Positions 28,603-36,917 of a stretch of 59,317 nt of DNA are shown here, piece by piece. A program made the position numbers and the translations under genes. Where the stretch lies: assembly GCA_043816965.1 (NCBI GenBank), contig JBDRHK010000042.1, forward strand, positions 1-59,317, read 5' to 3'. How positions within the stretch are numbered: the first letter of the stretch is position 1; every line of letters begins with the position of its first letter. The notes below the pieces were generated by a model. The model did no database searches. It was not told where the DNA came from and saw only the letters and a program-made list of their open reading frames with translations. The stretch comes from Candidatus Iainarchaeum sp. Lineage in GTDB: Archaea; Iainarchaeota; Iainarchaeia; Iainarchaeales; JAFCCJ01.

Positions 28603-30561
28603 ATGCTCAGAAAATTTTTTGTGCTGGTTTTTGTTTTACTCCTAATTGGTTCTGTTTACGCTGCATGGGTTGTGACAACTAATCCCAGCACTGGAGGAGA
28701 TATTCCTTATGCTATCGCTGTAGATGCAACAGGAGTTTATATTACGGGCAGTGATTCAGCATTAGGTGGGGCTAATTCTCAATGGGCGATTGAAAAAAGA
28801 AGTCTGGATGATGGCAGCCCTCTCTGGAGGGATACAAGTGATTCTGGTTCTGGGTTTGATACAAGTTCTGGAATAGATTCTGATGGAACTAATCTCTATG
28901 TGGTTGGTTGGGCTTATTCAGGAGTTTCAAATTACGAATGGAGGATAGAAAAAAGGGGTGCTAGTACTGGTGATTTAGACACTTTAGCTCCCTGGCCTAT
29001 AACAATAGATCCTGATCCTACAGGCAACCAGGATTCTGCTTATGATGTTGCAATTTACGGTTCAGATATTTATGTTGTAGGAAGTGATTTTTCTACTGAT
29101 GATGAGCAGTGGCGAATTGAAAGAAGGGATGCATTGTCGGGAGCCGAGACATGGGTGCCAATCACCAATAATTTTGGAAATAGGGAAGATATTCCGTTTG
29201 ACATATCTGTTGATTTGAGTGGCGCTTATATAGCTGGCAGGCAATATACTGCCGGGAGGATGCGATGGAGAATTGAGAAGAGGCTTTTGGGGAGTGGGAC
29301 TCTTGATTGGTTCGAGGTTGTCAGTCATAGTGCAAATAATGAGGAAGCTCTTGCAATAACTACTGATGATTCTTATGTTTATACTGCAGGTTTTGACCAG
29401 GATGCAGGGGTTGAACACTGGAGAATTGAGAGAAGGAGAAAAACAGATGGCTTCCTTGAATGGGAGCATTGGGGGGCTGGCCCAGTTCCTACTATTACTG
29501 GGCGTGCAAGGGGTATTGCCGTGGATTCAAGCGGCGTTTATGTTGTGGGTTTTGATTCTTCCTTAGGTTTCCCTGACCATCAATGGAGGGTGGAGAAAAG
29601 GAGATTAGATAATGGGAATCTAATCTGGGGAGAGACCAGTAATCTAATCCCTGGAAATGAGGACGCCGCATATGCTATATCTGTTGACTCTAGCGGAATA
29701 TATGTTGCAGGATATGATTTTATTTGCGGGGAGTCCCAATGGAGAATAGCTAAATGCGATTTCGATGGAACTGGGTGTGATGAGGCAACATTGACAAATG
29801 TTGCCTGCGATGGGGCTTATGTGGGCGAAAGCTGCTCAAATGCGCAGCCTGCAACAATAACCGGCCTTTCTTTAAATGACCCTATTCCAGCAATAACCAT
29901 TGAATATAGTGGTTTCACCAGCAGCCCGCCTGATGAGATATCTATTGATAATTGTGCAAGTTCTGGGCCCGGTACCTACACTCGGGCTGCCGGTCAAATA
30001 GATTGTGTTTCTTCTCCAGGCATTTGTGAGATTTCCTCTTGTTTGATTATCCAGGAAGCTGACTATGAAATAAATATTACGGGGGTAAGAAACTCTACTG
30101 GGGAGAGTTCCTCCTGCCCCCCTGATGAAATTAATGTCCAGCCAGCCGCTATTGTGCCAGGCACAGGGAAAATATTCAAAGTTAGGATTTATGGGGACAC
30201 CACTAACATTGACAATATTGTAAACAAGGAATTTGATGCTTCTGCAACCATGGAAGCTATTGTCGATGCGGGATTTACCGGAAACTGCGCATTTAAGATT
30301 ATGGATATGAAGGGATTAGTTACGTTATTACCCAGCACTGTAGGTGCTTGCGCCGGCACCACTATTGATCGTACCGTGTACGCTGATTGGGGCGCGGGGG
30401 TTTACCTTCTCAAGGTTGAAAATTCAGGGGACCCTTCAATTAACGACGATGTGTTTTTTACTTTAACAGACAGGGCCAAAACCGCAGTTCCTGAAATTCC
30501 TTTCTTTCTTGTTTTAATGGTGCTGATTTCGGTTTTGTTCGTAATCCGCAGATTTAATTAA
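28603..30561 (+). CDS. 652-aa secreted 7-repeat beta-propeller-like protein with Cys-rich linker, Ig-like stalk and PEI-TM-basic C-terminus
   Basis: Signal peptide MLRKFFVLVFVLLLIGSVYA. Seven 'D..G.Y(V/I).G ... W(R/A)IEKR....G...W' repeats. C-terminal 'VPEIPFFLVLMVLISVLFVIRRFN'. Confidence 0.85.
   Translation: MLRKFFVLVFVLLLIGSVYAAWVVTTNPSTGGDIPYAIAVDATGVYITGSDSALGGANSQWAIEKRSLDDGSPLWRDTSDSGSGFDTSSGIDSDGTNLYVVGWAYSGVSNYEWRIEKRGASTGDLDTLAPWPITIDPDPTGNQDSAYDVAIYGSDIYVVGSDFSTDDEQWRIERRDALSGAETWVPITNNFGNREDIPFDISVDLSGAYIAGRQYTAGRMRWRIEKRLLGSGTLDWFEVVSHSANNEEALAITTDDSYVYTAGFDQDAGVEHWRIERRRKTDGFLEWEHWGAGPVPTITGRARGIAVDSSGVYVVGFDSSLGFPDHQWRVEKRRLDNGNLIWGETSNLIPGNEDAAYAISVDSSGIYVAGYDFICGESQWRIAKCDFDGTGCDEATLTNVACDGAYVGESCSNAQPATITGLSLNDPIPAITIEYSGFTSSPPDEISIDNCASSGPGTYTRAAGQIDCVSSPGICEISSCLIIQEADYEINITGVRNSTGESSSCPPDEINVQPAAIVPGTGKIFKVRIYGDTTNIDNIVNKEFDASATMEAIVDAGFTGNCAFKIMDMKGLVTLLPSTVGACAGTTIDRTVYADWGAGVYLLKVENSGDPSINDDVFFTLTDRAKTAVPEIPFFLVLMVLISVLFVIRRFN
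28702..29778 (+). repeat. seven tandem ~52-58-aa protein repeats (propeller blades) with a W-R-I-E-K/R-R core
   Basis: The cores read QWAIEKR, EWRIEKR, QWRIERR, RWRIEKR, HWRIERR, QWRVEKR and QWRIAKC. Each lies about 15 residues after a 'G.Y(V/I).G' strand. Confidence 0.75.
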
Positions 30562-30590
30562 ATTTCCGGATATAATTTCTTGTTGATAAA

Positions 30591-31010
30591 ATGCATGAAA
30601 CTTTTAAACATCAGGCTGATGTAGGGGTAAGGGGAAGGGGGAAAACGCTGGAAGATGCATTTGAGGGTGCCGCAAAGGCGATGTTTTCGGTTATGGTTGA
30701 ATTGCAGGAGGTAAATCCGGAAATTGAGGTTAAATTTGCCGCTGTGGGGGAAGATAGGGAATCACTTTTAATCAATTTCCTTAATGAGCTTTTATTCCAG
30801 ATTGATGTAAATCATATGCTTTTTTCCGAGTTTGGGGTTAAATCCATTGAGAAGAAAAATGGGGAATTTTACCTTAAAGGGAGTGCAAAGGGGGAAAAGA
30901 TTTCTGAAAGGCACAATATTAGGACAGGGGTAAAGGCCGCGAGTTACTCACAGGTTTTTGTCGGGGAAAAGGATGGGGAATTTGTTGCGCAGTGCATTGT
31001 TGATGTTTAG
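30591..31010 (+). CDS. archease (RtcB activator)
   Basis: 'FKHQADVGVRGRGKTLEDAFEGAAKAMF', 139 aa, directly upstream of rtcB. Confidence 0.9.
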   Translation: MHETFKHQADVGVRGRGKTLEDAFEGAAKAMFSVMVELQEVNPEIEVKFAAVGEDRESLLINFLNELLFQIDVNHMLFSEFGVKSIEKKNGEFYLKGSAKGEKISERHNIRTGVKAASYSQVFVGEKDGEFVAQCIVDV

Positions 31011-31029
31011 GTTTTTTTAGGGTGGAATT

Positions 31030-33975
31030 ATGGAATTCAAAAAAGTTGAGGAGGGTATTTTTGAAACCCCAAAAACAGGGAAAATGAAAGTTCCGGGGAG
31101 GATTTTCGCATCTGATGGAATTTTCAGGGATATTGAGCAGGGCGCGAAACAGCAATTGCTGAATGTTGCCGAGCTCCCTGGAATTCAGAAGGCTTCATTG
31201 GGAATGCCGGATATGCACTGGGGATATGGCTTCCCTATTGGAGGGGTTGCTGCATTTGATCTGGAGAAGGGAGTGGTTTCCCCTGGCGGAATTGGTTTCG
31301 ATATCAACTGCCTTAAGGGGGATTCCAGGGTTCTCCACGAACTAGGATATACTAAACCAATTGCTGACTTTGAAAAAACCTGGTTTGATGAATCTATTAA
31401 ATGCGTGAACCCAACGAGCAAAGTTATTGATACTGGACTAAATGCCTTTATGGAATTCAAACCTAGAGGCAAGGTTTTTAATGTAAAAACCGAATCAGGA
31501 AAAGAAATTACTGCAACAGAAGAGCATCCTTTTTTTACAAAAAAAGGGATGGTTAAATTGGGTGGATTGAAAGAAGGGCAGGAAGTTTCTGTTTACTCAT
31601 TCGAAGGCGTTGAATTTACCGAACCCTCAAATAAAATTTTAGTGAGTGAAAATGATGTTAGAAAAAAATATCCTGGAAACGAAAACGGCTTAAGGCAGGT
31701 TCTCAGAAAACTTGAAAATATGAAAATAATGCCCTTAAGGGAAAACAACAAAGAGACGCCATATCTGGTAAAATTGCTGGGATTTATTCAGGGTGACGGA
31801 AATTTGGGTTTTTTGAAAAATGGAGCAGGGCAAATGAGTTTTTACGGGGATAAAGAAGATTTAGAGAAAATACGGGAAGACATTGAAAAGATTGGTTTCA
31901 GAGCTTCGCGAGTTTATCAAAGAAGGAGAAAACACTCCATTAGGACACAGTATGATTTGGTTGAATTCGAAAGAACTGAGTTTTCCATTAGAAGTGGTTC
32001 AAGTGCTTTGGCAACTCTCTTGCTTTGTTTAGGTGCCACTGCAGGAAATAAAACTATAGAAAACTGTGGAATCCCTAACTGGCTTTTTAGGGCACCACTA
32101 TGGATTAAACGGCTTTATCTGGCAAGCTTTTTTGGTGCAGAGCTAAGCAGCCCTTCAAGCGTTACCGGCCATGGATTCAATTTTTATGGGCCGGTTCTTT
32201 CGGTTAACAAAAAGAAACCCAATTTGGCCAATGGGCGTAAATTTGTGAAACAGATAAAAAGATTGCTGGAAGACTTTGGCATAAAGAACAATATAATCAA
32301 CGAACGCGATGACTTTGTAAATAAATCAGGGGAAAAATCCATAAGGTTGAGACTCCAGATTTCCTCAGGCCCAAGCAATCTGATTAAGTTTTACGAAAAG
32401 ATTGGCTTTGAATACAATTCCAAAAAACAGTTTCTTGGCCTTTTAGCTGCCCAGTATTCGATAGAGAAACAGGAGATAATCAAAAGTAGAAAAGAGTGTG
32501 AAATTGAATCAATAAAATTACACAAGAAAGGTTTCGGTGCGAAATCAATCTACTCTAAGCTTAAAGATAAGTATCCTTTTTGCAATCTTAGGTTTATTCA
32601 GAGATCAATTTATGAAAACAGGAAGACCGGCCCAAGGATTGCTTATGATTTTTCCAAATTTGAGGAATTTATCGCGCAAAAAACAGAAGGTTTGGGTAAA
32701 ACCGGCCAGGTCTGGGATAAAATAATTTCTAAGGAGGAAGTAATTCTTAATGAGCCAGTGTATGATTTTAATGTTGCGAACAAGCACCATAATTTTATTG
32801 CAAACTGTTTTGTTGTTTCTAATTGCGGAATCAGGCTGGTGAAAACAAATCTTGAGGAAAAGGACATAAGGCCTAAGTTAAAGGAACTGATTGATGTTTT
32901 GTTTAATTTAATTCCTGCGGGCATTGGGGGGAAAGGAAAGATAAGGATTGGTGAAAATGAATTGAAGGAATTGCTTAACAATGGTGCAAAATGGGCTGTT
33001 GAAAATGGCTATGGATGGGAAAAGGATCTGGATTTCATTGAGGAAAATGGCAGGATGGAAAAGGCAGATGCCGAAAAGGTTTCGAAAAAGGCTTTGCAGA
33101 GGGGAATGCCCCAGACAGGCACTCTTGGGAGCGGGAACCATTTTGTTGAGGTCCAGAAAGTTGAGAATGTTTTTGATGAAGGGGTTGCGAAAAAGTTTGG
33201 TTTGAGTGAAGGGCAGATTGTCGTAATGCTGCACTCCGGGAGCAGGGGATGCGGACATCAGATTGCATCAGATTATATTGAGGTAATGCTGCGCGCGATG
33301 AAAAAATATAATATTTCGGTTCCTGACAGGCAGCTTGCATGCGCACCGATAAATTCTTCCGAAGGGCAGGATTATCTGGCGGCAATGTCTGCTGGCGTTA
33401 ATTATGCATTTGCAAACAGGCAGGCAATGATGCACTGGGTGAGGGAGGGCTTTGCAAAGGTTTTTGGGCAGAGTGCCGAATCTTTGGGAATGGATTTGTT
33501 GTATGATATTGCGCACAATGTGGCGAAGTATGAGAAGCATGAAATTGACGGGAAAGGGAAGGAGGTTTTGATTCACAGAAAAGGTGCTACAAGGGCAATG
33601 GCTGCAGGGAGAAAGGAAAACCCCCCTGAGTATTCTGAAACAGGCCATCCTGCGATAATCCCTGGCTCTATGGGAACCGCATCCTATGTTCTTGTGGGAA
33701 CTGAAAAATGTTTGAATGAGAGTTTTGCTTCAGTTTGCCATGGTGCAGGAAGGGTTATGAGCAGGCATGAGGCAATGAGAAGGAAAAGTGGGGAGCAGGT
33801 AAAGAAGGAACTGGAGGCAAAAGGCGAAGTGATTAGGGGGGCATCCTTTGCTGGTTTGGCTGAGGAGATGCCTGAGGCATATAAGGACATTGATGAGGTG
33901 ATTCGTTCAGTTGAAATCTCAGGAATCGGGAAAAAAGTTGCGAAAATGACTCCTTTAGGGGTTATGAAGGGCTGA
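31030..33975 (+). CDS. rtcB: RtcB RNA 3'-phosphate ligase (tRNA-splicing ligase) precursor containing a 505-aa intein
   Basis: 'MPDMHWGYGFPIGGV', 'GGIGFDIN|C', 'GSGNHF', 'HSGSRG.GHQ', 'HNVAK', 'CHGAGR'. The exteins sum to 476 aa. Confidence 0.95.
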   Translation: MEFKKVEEGIFETPKTGKMKVPGRIFASDGIFRDIEQGAKQQLLNVAELPGIQKASLGMPDMHWGYGFPIGGVAAFDLEKGVVSPGGIGFDINCLKGDSRVLHELGYTKPIADFEKTWFDESIKCVNPTSKVIDTGLNAFMEFKPRGKVFNVKTESGKEITATEEHPFFTKKGMVKLGGLKEGQEVSVYSFEGVEFTEPSNKILVSENDVRKKYPGNENGLRQVLRKLENMKIMPLRENNKETPYLVKLLGFIQGDGNLGFLKNGAGQMSFYGDKEDLEKIREDIEKIGFRASRVYQRRRKHSIRTQYDLVEFERTEFSIRSGSSALATLLLCLGATAGNKTIENCGIPNWLFRAPLWIKRLYLASFFGAELSSPSSVTGHGFNFYGPVLSVNKKKPNLANGRKFVKQIKRLLEDFGIKNNIINERDDFVNKSGEKSIRLRLQISSGPSNLIKFYEKIGFEYNSKKQFLGLLAAQYSIEKQEIIKSRKECEIESIKLHKKGFGAKSIYSKLKDKYPFCNLRFIQRSIYENRKTGPRIAYDFSKFEEFIAQKTEGLGKTGQVWDKIISKEEVILNEPVYDFNVANKHHNFIANCFVVSNCGIRLVKTNLEEKDIRPKLKELIDVLFNLIPAGIGGKGKIRIGENELKELLNNGAKWAVENGYGWEKDLDFIEENGRMEKADAEKVSKKALQRGMPQTGTLGSGNHFVEVQKVENVFDEGVAKKFGLSEGQIVVMLHSGSRGCGHQIASDYIEVMLRAMKKYNISVPDRQLACAPINSSEGQDYLAAMSAGVNYAFANRQAMMHWVREGFAKVFGQSAESLGMDLLYDIAHNVAKYEKHEIDGKGKEVLIHRKGATRAMAAGRKENPPEYSETGHPAIIPGSMGTASYVLVGTEKCLNESFASVCHGAGRVMSRHEAMRRKSGEQVKKELEAKGEVIRGASFAGLAEEMPEAYKDIDEVIRSVEISGIGKKVAKMTPLGVMKG
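31309..32823 (+). mobile_element. intein with LAGLIDADG-type endonuclease domain inserted before the catalytic Cys of RtcB (DIN|C...SN|CGIRL)
   Basis: Starts 'CLKGDSRV' and has block B 'TEEHPFF'. DOD-like motifs are 'LLGFIQGDGNL' and 'YLASFFGAELS'. It ends 'NCFVVSN' followed by Cys(+1). Confidence 0.9.
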
Positions 33976-33995
33976 TTCCCCTCAATTTGCATAAA

Positions 33996-34006
33996 TTTAA
34001 TATATA
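33996..34006 (+). promoter_or_regulatory. TATA-box-like element about 24 nt upstream of the 34025 ATG
   Basis: tttaatatata with no SD-like element before the ATG. Confidence 0.3.
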
Positions 34007-34024
34007 GAAATGCCTTATTCTTAA

Positions 34025-34483
34025 ATGAAAAAATTCTTTGCGGTTTTTATTTTTATTATTTTGGCCTGCTCATTTGTATTTGCCGGAATTGGCTCGCCCA
34101 AAATCTGGGGCGACGGGAAAAATAAGGAAGGGATTATTTATATCGGGACTGATAATTTTGCAAGCATGGCGGCAAAGGGTTCTGATGTTGTTGGGGGGTG
34201 TGGCTTTAAGATTTATGCTGCAGAGGGAACAACACCGTTAATTCCTACCGCAACAGGAATTGTTTCAGGGGATGTTTGTACTGCGGCAGCTGTTGATGTC
34301 AGTTCGCTTGATGAGGGGGTTTACAGGCTGGAGGTTGAGGCAGGGTCGCCAACAGTTGCAGAGGACAGCTATTTTGCAGTGGTTAAAATCATGACCCAGC
34401 CAATTCCTGAAATACTGCCGGTTTTCATTATTCTGATTGTTGTTGTGGTTGCCTTCATAGTGGTCAGGAAAGGCAAAAAATAG
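34025..34483 (+). CDS. 152-aa secreted Ig-like stalk protein with PEI-TM-basic C-terminus
   Basis: Signal peptide MKKFFAVFIFIILACSFVFA. The body aligns with the C-terminal about 100 aa of the 652-aa protein. It ends 'PIPEILPVFIILIVVVVAFIVVRKGKK'. Confidence 0.7.
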   Translation: MKKFFAVFIFIILACSFVFAGIGSPKIWGDGKNKEGIIYIGTDNFASMAAKGSDVVGGCGFKIYAAEGTTPLIPTATGIVSGDVCTAAAVDVSSLDEGVYRLEVEAGSPTVAEDSYFAVVKIMTQPIPEILPVFIILIVVVVAFIVVRKGKK

Positions 34484-34602
34484 GGTTTTATAGGGGGCAA
34501 ATTCTGAACTTATTCACTGATTCCCGTTAAACAGATACATTTAAATACAACCTTCACTGCAATTAATATAGCCTTTCTGCAAAGGGGGCTGGGGGCATAA
34601 CA

Positions 34603-36735
34603 GTGAAAAAACTCATCTTAATTCTTGCAGTATTATTTGGAATGATTTTTCTAACCAGTTCAGTTTCCGCATGGTTTGTGGGAGTTGGCTGGGACGGGGG
34701 ATATCTGGAAGTTTACAGGGACGGCTATTGGGCAAATTCCCCTGACCCTTATGATTATTATTATGACAACTGGTATTACTATCAGGAACCTTACCGCTAC
34801 AATTATGGCGGGGATTACTACTACTATGAGCCTGGTTGGTATAACTATGATTACTCATGGTATTCAAATCCTTACTCCTATTCCTATTACAACTCCAACT
34901 ATTATTACTATGACAATTATTGGAGTTACTATCCTGGATGGTATAACTATCCATCAATCTACGGCTATTATGGGGGATCTAATTCTCTTGTAGGAAGCTC
35001 CTACCAGTATCCAAAACTTGCGGACTGTTCGGAAATTGAGCTTAATGTTTACGACAAATCAATCCGCGCAGGGGATATGAAGGAGGTTACTGTTTGGGTT
35101 AACAACTACTCAATAAAGAACTTCCAAATCAATTCTGTCAGCGTTTATTTGGACAGTTTTGACCTGGATAAGGGAAGGGAGAACTATGATTCAACAGTTG
35201 CTGCAGGAAAAAGCGGGCAAATTACATTTGAGATTGAGGCAGACAATGATGCCAAAAGCAATACAGTTAATGGAAATGTGAAAATCACCGGCCAGTTTAC
35301 TGACGGGACCGTGTGCAGTGGCGGGGATATTGACAGCGAGAAATTCAGGATTTCGATCAGCGGGGCAACTAAAACCACCCCTGCTCCGGCAACTAATGCC
35401 GCCCCTGCATTTGCCTACAGCACATCAACCATTGTAGAAAGGAGTGGGGAAGGCGGCTGGGTTGATGTTTCTCCGGAAAGAGAGGCAATGGTCGAGGGAG
35501 TCACTTTCGAGGAGCTTGAATCAGGGGATTATATAAGATTTGTTGAAGAGGACAATTACATTGAAGGAAGCTGTGACGGCTTGGGCTTTGTGCCACTTTC
35601 AATCAATCTCCAGGGAGGGGAAGGCAAAACAGAATACCTTTACCTTAGAAACTACACTTATCAGAATTTCTACATTGATTCAGTGGATGTTTATGATTAT
35701 TCGCCTTCATTTGCATCATCCCCTGGGCCAAAGGATTCAATGGTTTACAGCGATTCAAGGGGCAAGATAGGGATTAGCATAGATGCCTATTCCAGCTATG
35801 AGGACGATTACGGAACACTTTATGTTAAGGCAAGGGGGCATTTCCCAAGCGGGAAAACATGTTCCCTTTCACCCCAAAAAGTGGATGTTTACGTAAACAA
35901 CAATTTGGAGAAACTTGGTTGTGATGCCTTTAATTTCAGCGTTCCGGATGTTTTGAGGATTGAAAGCAACGGGGAAATTGATTTGGTTATTGATAACCCT
36001 TCAGATAAGGGGGCGACAATAACCCTTGTTGCCGATGATTTGGACTTGAGTTCAAAATCCATTTACCTTGGCCCTGAAAGCCTGCTTGAGAAAACAATTT
36101 ATGTTTCAAATTTTTCAGGGGAGAGGAGTTTTATCTTTTACAATATTGATATTGAAGGCTGCAGCTTCTCCCAGAGGGTTACTGTGGTCAAGAGGCCTGT
36201 TGCAGATGAGGAACCAACGGGTGAGGGGGTTGAACTGCTTAATGTTGCCTCGAAAATAAATATCGGCGATTCGGCGATGGTTCCTGTCAGCATAAGGAAC
36301 AATCTTGATGAAGACATGTTTGTTGAACTGAAAATTATTGATCTTCCTGATGGGTTCTATGCAAGGCAGATTATTGAGAAAATGCCTGCAAAAAGTTCAA
36401 AAAACTTCAATCTCGAGGTTTTTTCAGGGGATGCTGAGGCAGGCACTTATTCAGGAAAACTCGTTGTTTCTGCAGGTAATAAGGCAATTATCAGGAATAT
36501 TGAATTCAATGTTGTCAAAAGCCCTGAAAGCGGGGAAAGTGTTGAGCAGGAAGAAGGGATAGTTTCCGCAGGAATGGTATCAACTGCACTCGCCATTCTG
36601 GGCGGGGGAACCTTGATTGCGGGAGTAATTATAATCGGCCTGCTTATAGTGCTTTTCATAATTGGGGCAGTAAGTGGGCCAAGCAAGAGAATGAAAAAGA
36701 ATGCAAAAGCGCCTGAAAGCCCTAAAAAGGCTTAG
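34603..36735 (+). CDS. 710-aa secreted protein: extreme Tyr/Trp/Asn-rich N-region + four CARDB/Ig-like repeats + C-terminal TM anchor
   Basis: GTG start preceded by gggggctggggg. Signal peptide MKKLILILAVLFGMIFLTSSVSA. C-terminal TM 'LIAGVIIIGLLIVLFIIGAV' plus a basic tail. Confidence 0.8.
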   Translation: MKKLILILAVLFGMIFLTSSVSAWFVGVGWDGGYLEVYRDGYWANSPDPYDYYYDNWYYYQEPYRYNYGGDYYYYEPGWYNYDYSWYSNPYSYSYYNSNYYYYDNYWSYYPGWYNYPSIYGYYGGSNSLVGSSYQYPKLADCSEIELNVYDKSIRAGDMKEVTVWVNNYSIKNFQINSVSVYLDSFDLDKGRENYDSTVAAGKSGQITFEIEADNDAKSNTVNGNVKITGQFTDGTVCSGGDIDSEKFRISISGATKTTPAPATNAAPAFAYSTSTIVERSGEGGWVDVSPEREAMVEGVTFEELESGDYIRFVEEDNYIEGSCDGLGFVPLSINLQGGEGKTEYLYLRNYTYQNFYIDSVDVYDYSPSFASSPGPKDSMVYSDSRGKIGISIDAYSSYEDDYGTLYVKARGHFPSGKTCSLSPQKVDVYVNNNLEKLGCDAFNFSVPDVLRIESNGEIDLVIDNPSDKGATITLVADDLDLSSKSIYLGPESLLEKTIYVSNFSGERSFIFYNIDIEGCSFSQRVTVVKRPVADEEPTGEGVELLNVASKINIGDSAMVPVSIRNNLDEDMFVELKIIDLPDGFYARQIIEKMPAKSSKNFNLEVFSGDAEAGTYSGKLVVSAGNKAIIRNIEFNVVKSPESGESVEQEEGIVSAGMVSTALAILGGGTLIAGVIIIGLLIVLFIIGAVSGPSKRMKKNAKAPESPKKA
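34699..34980 (+). repeat. low-complexity aromatic region (37 Tyr + 6 Trp in 93 residues by my count)
   Basis: GYLEVYRDGYWANSPDPYDYYYDNWYYYQEPYRYNYGGDYYYYEPGWYNYDYSWYSNPYSYSYYNSNYYYYDNYWSYYPGWYNYPSIYGYYGG. Confidence 0.85.
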
Positions 36736-36917
36736 ATAGCTTTAAATACTTTCTTTTATAGTATTTATATTATATAGGGCAGACTGTATCCATTGTAAAT
36801 CTTCAACGGATATAAATGCTAAAAAAACGGTTAAAACCCGACTTTTTTTAGTTAAAAAACCCCAGTTGCAGCATTGCGTCTGCATTGTACGCCCGGAAGG
36901 ATTGGAGAAATTCCTAA

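Noticed and set aside
36653-36735. C-terminus of the 710-aa protein, considered as a fourth PEI-CTERM member
   Set aside because: It has a TM helix and a K-rich tail, but a Gly-rich pre-TM segment (LAILGGGTLIAG) and no PEI signature. It is probably a plain TM anchor.
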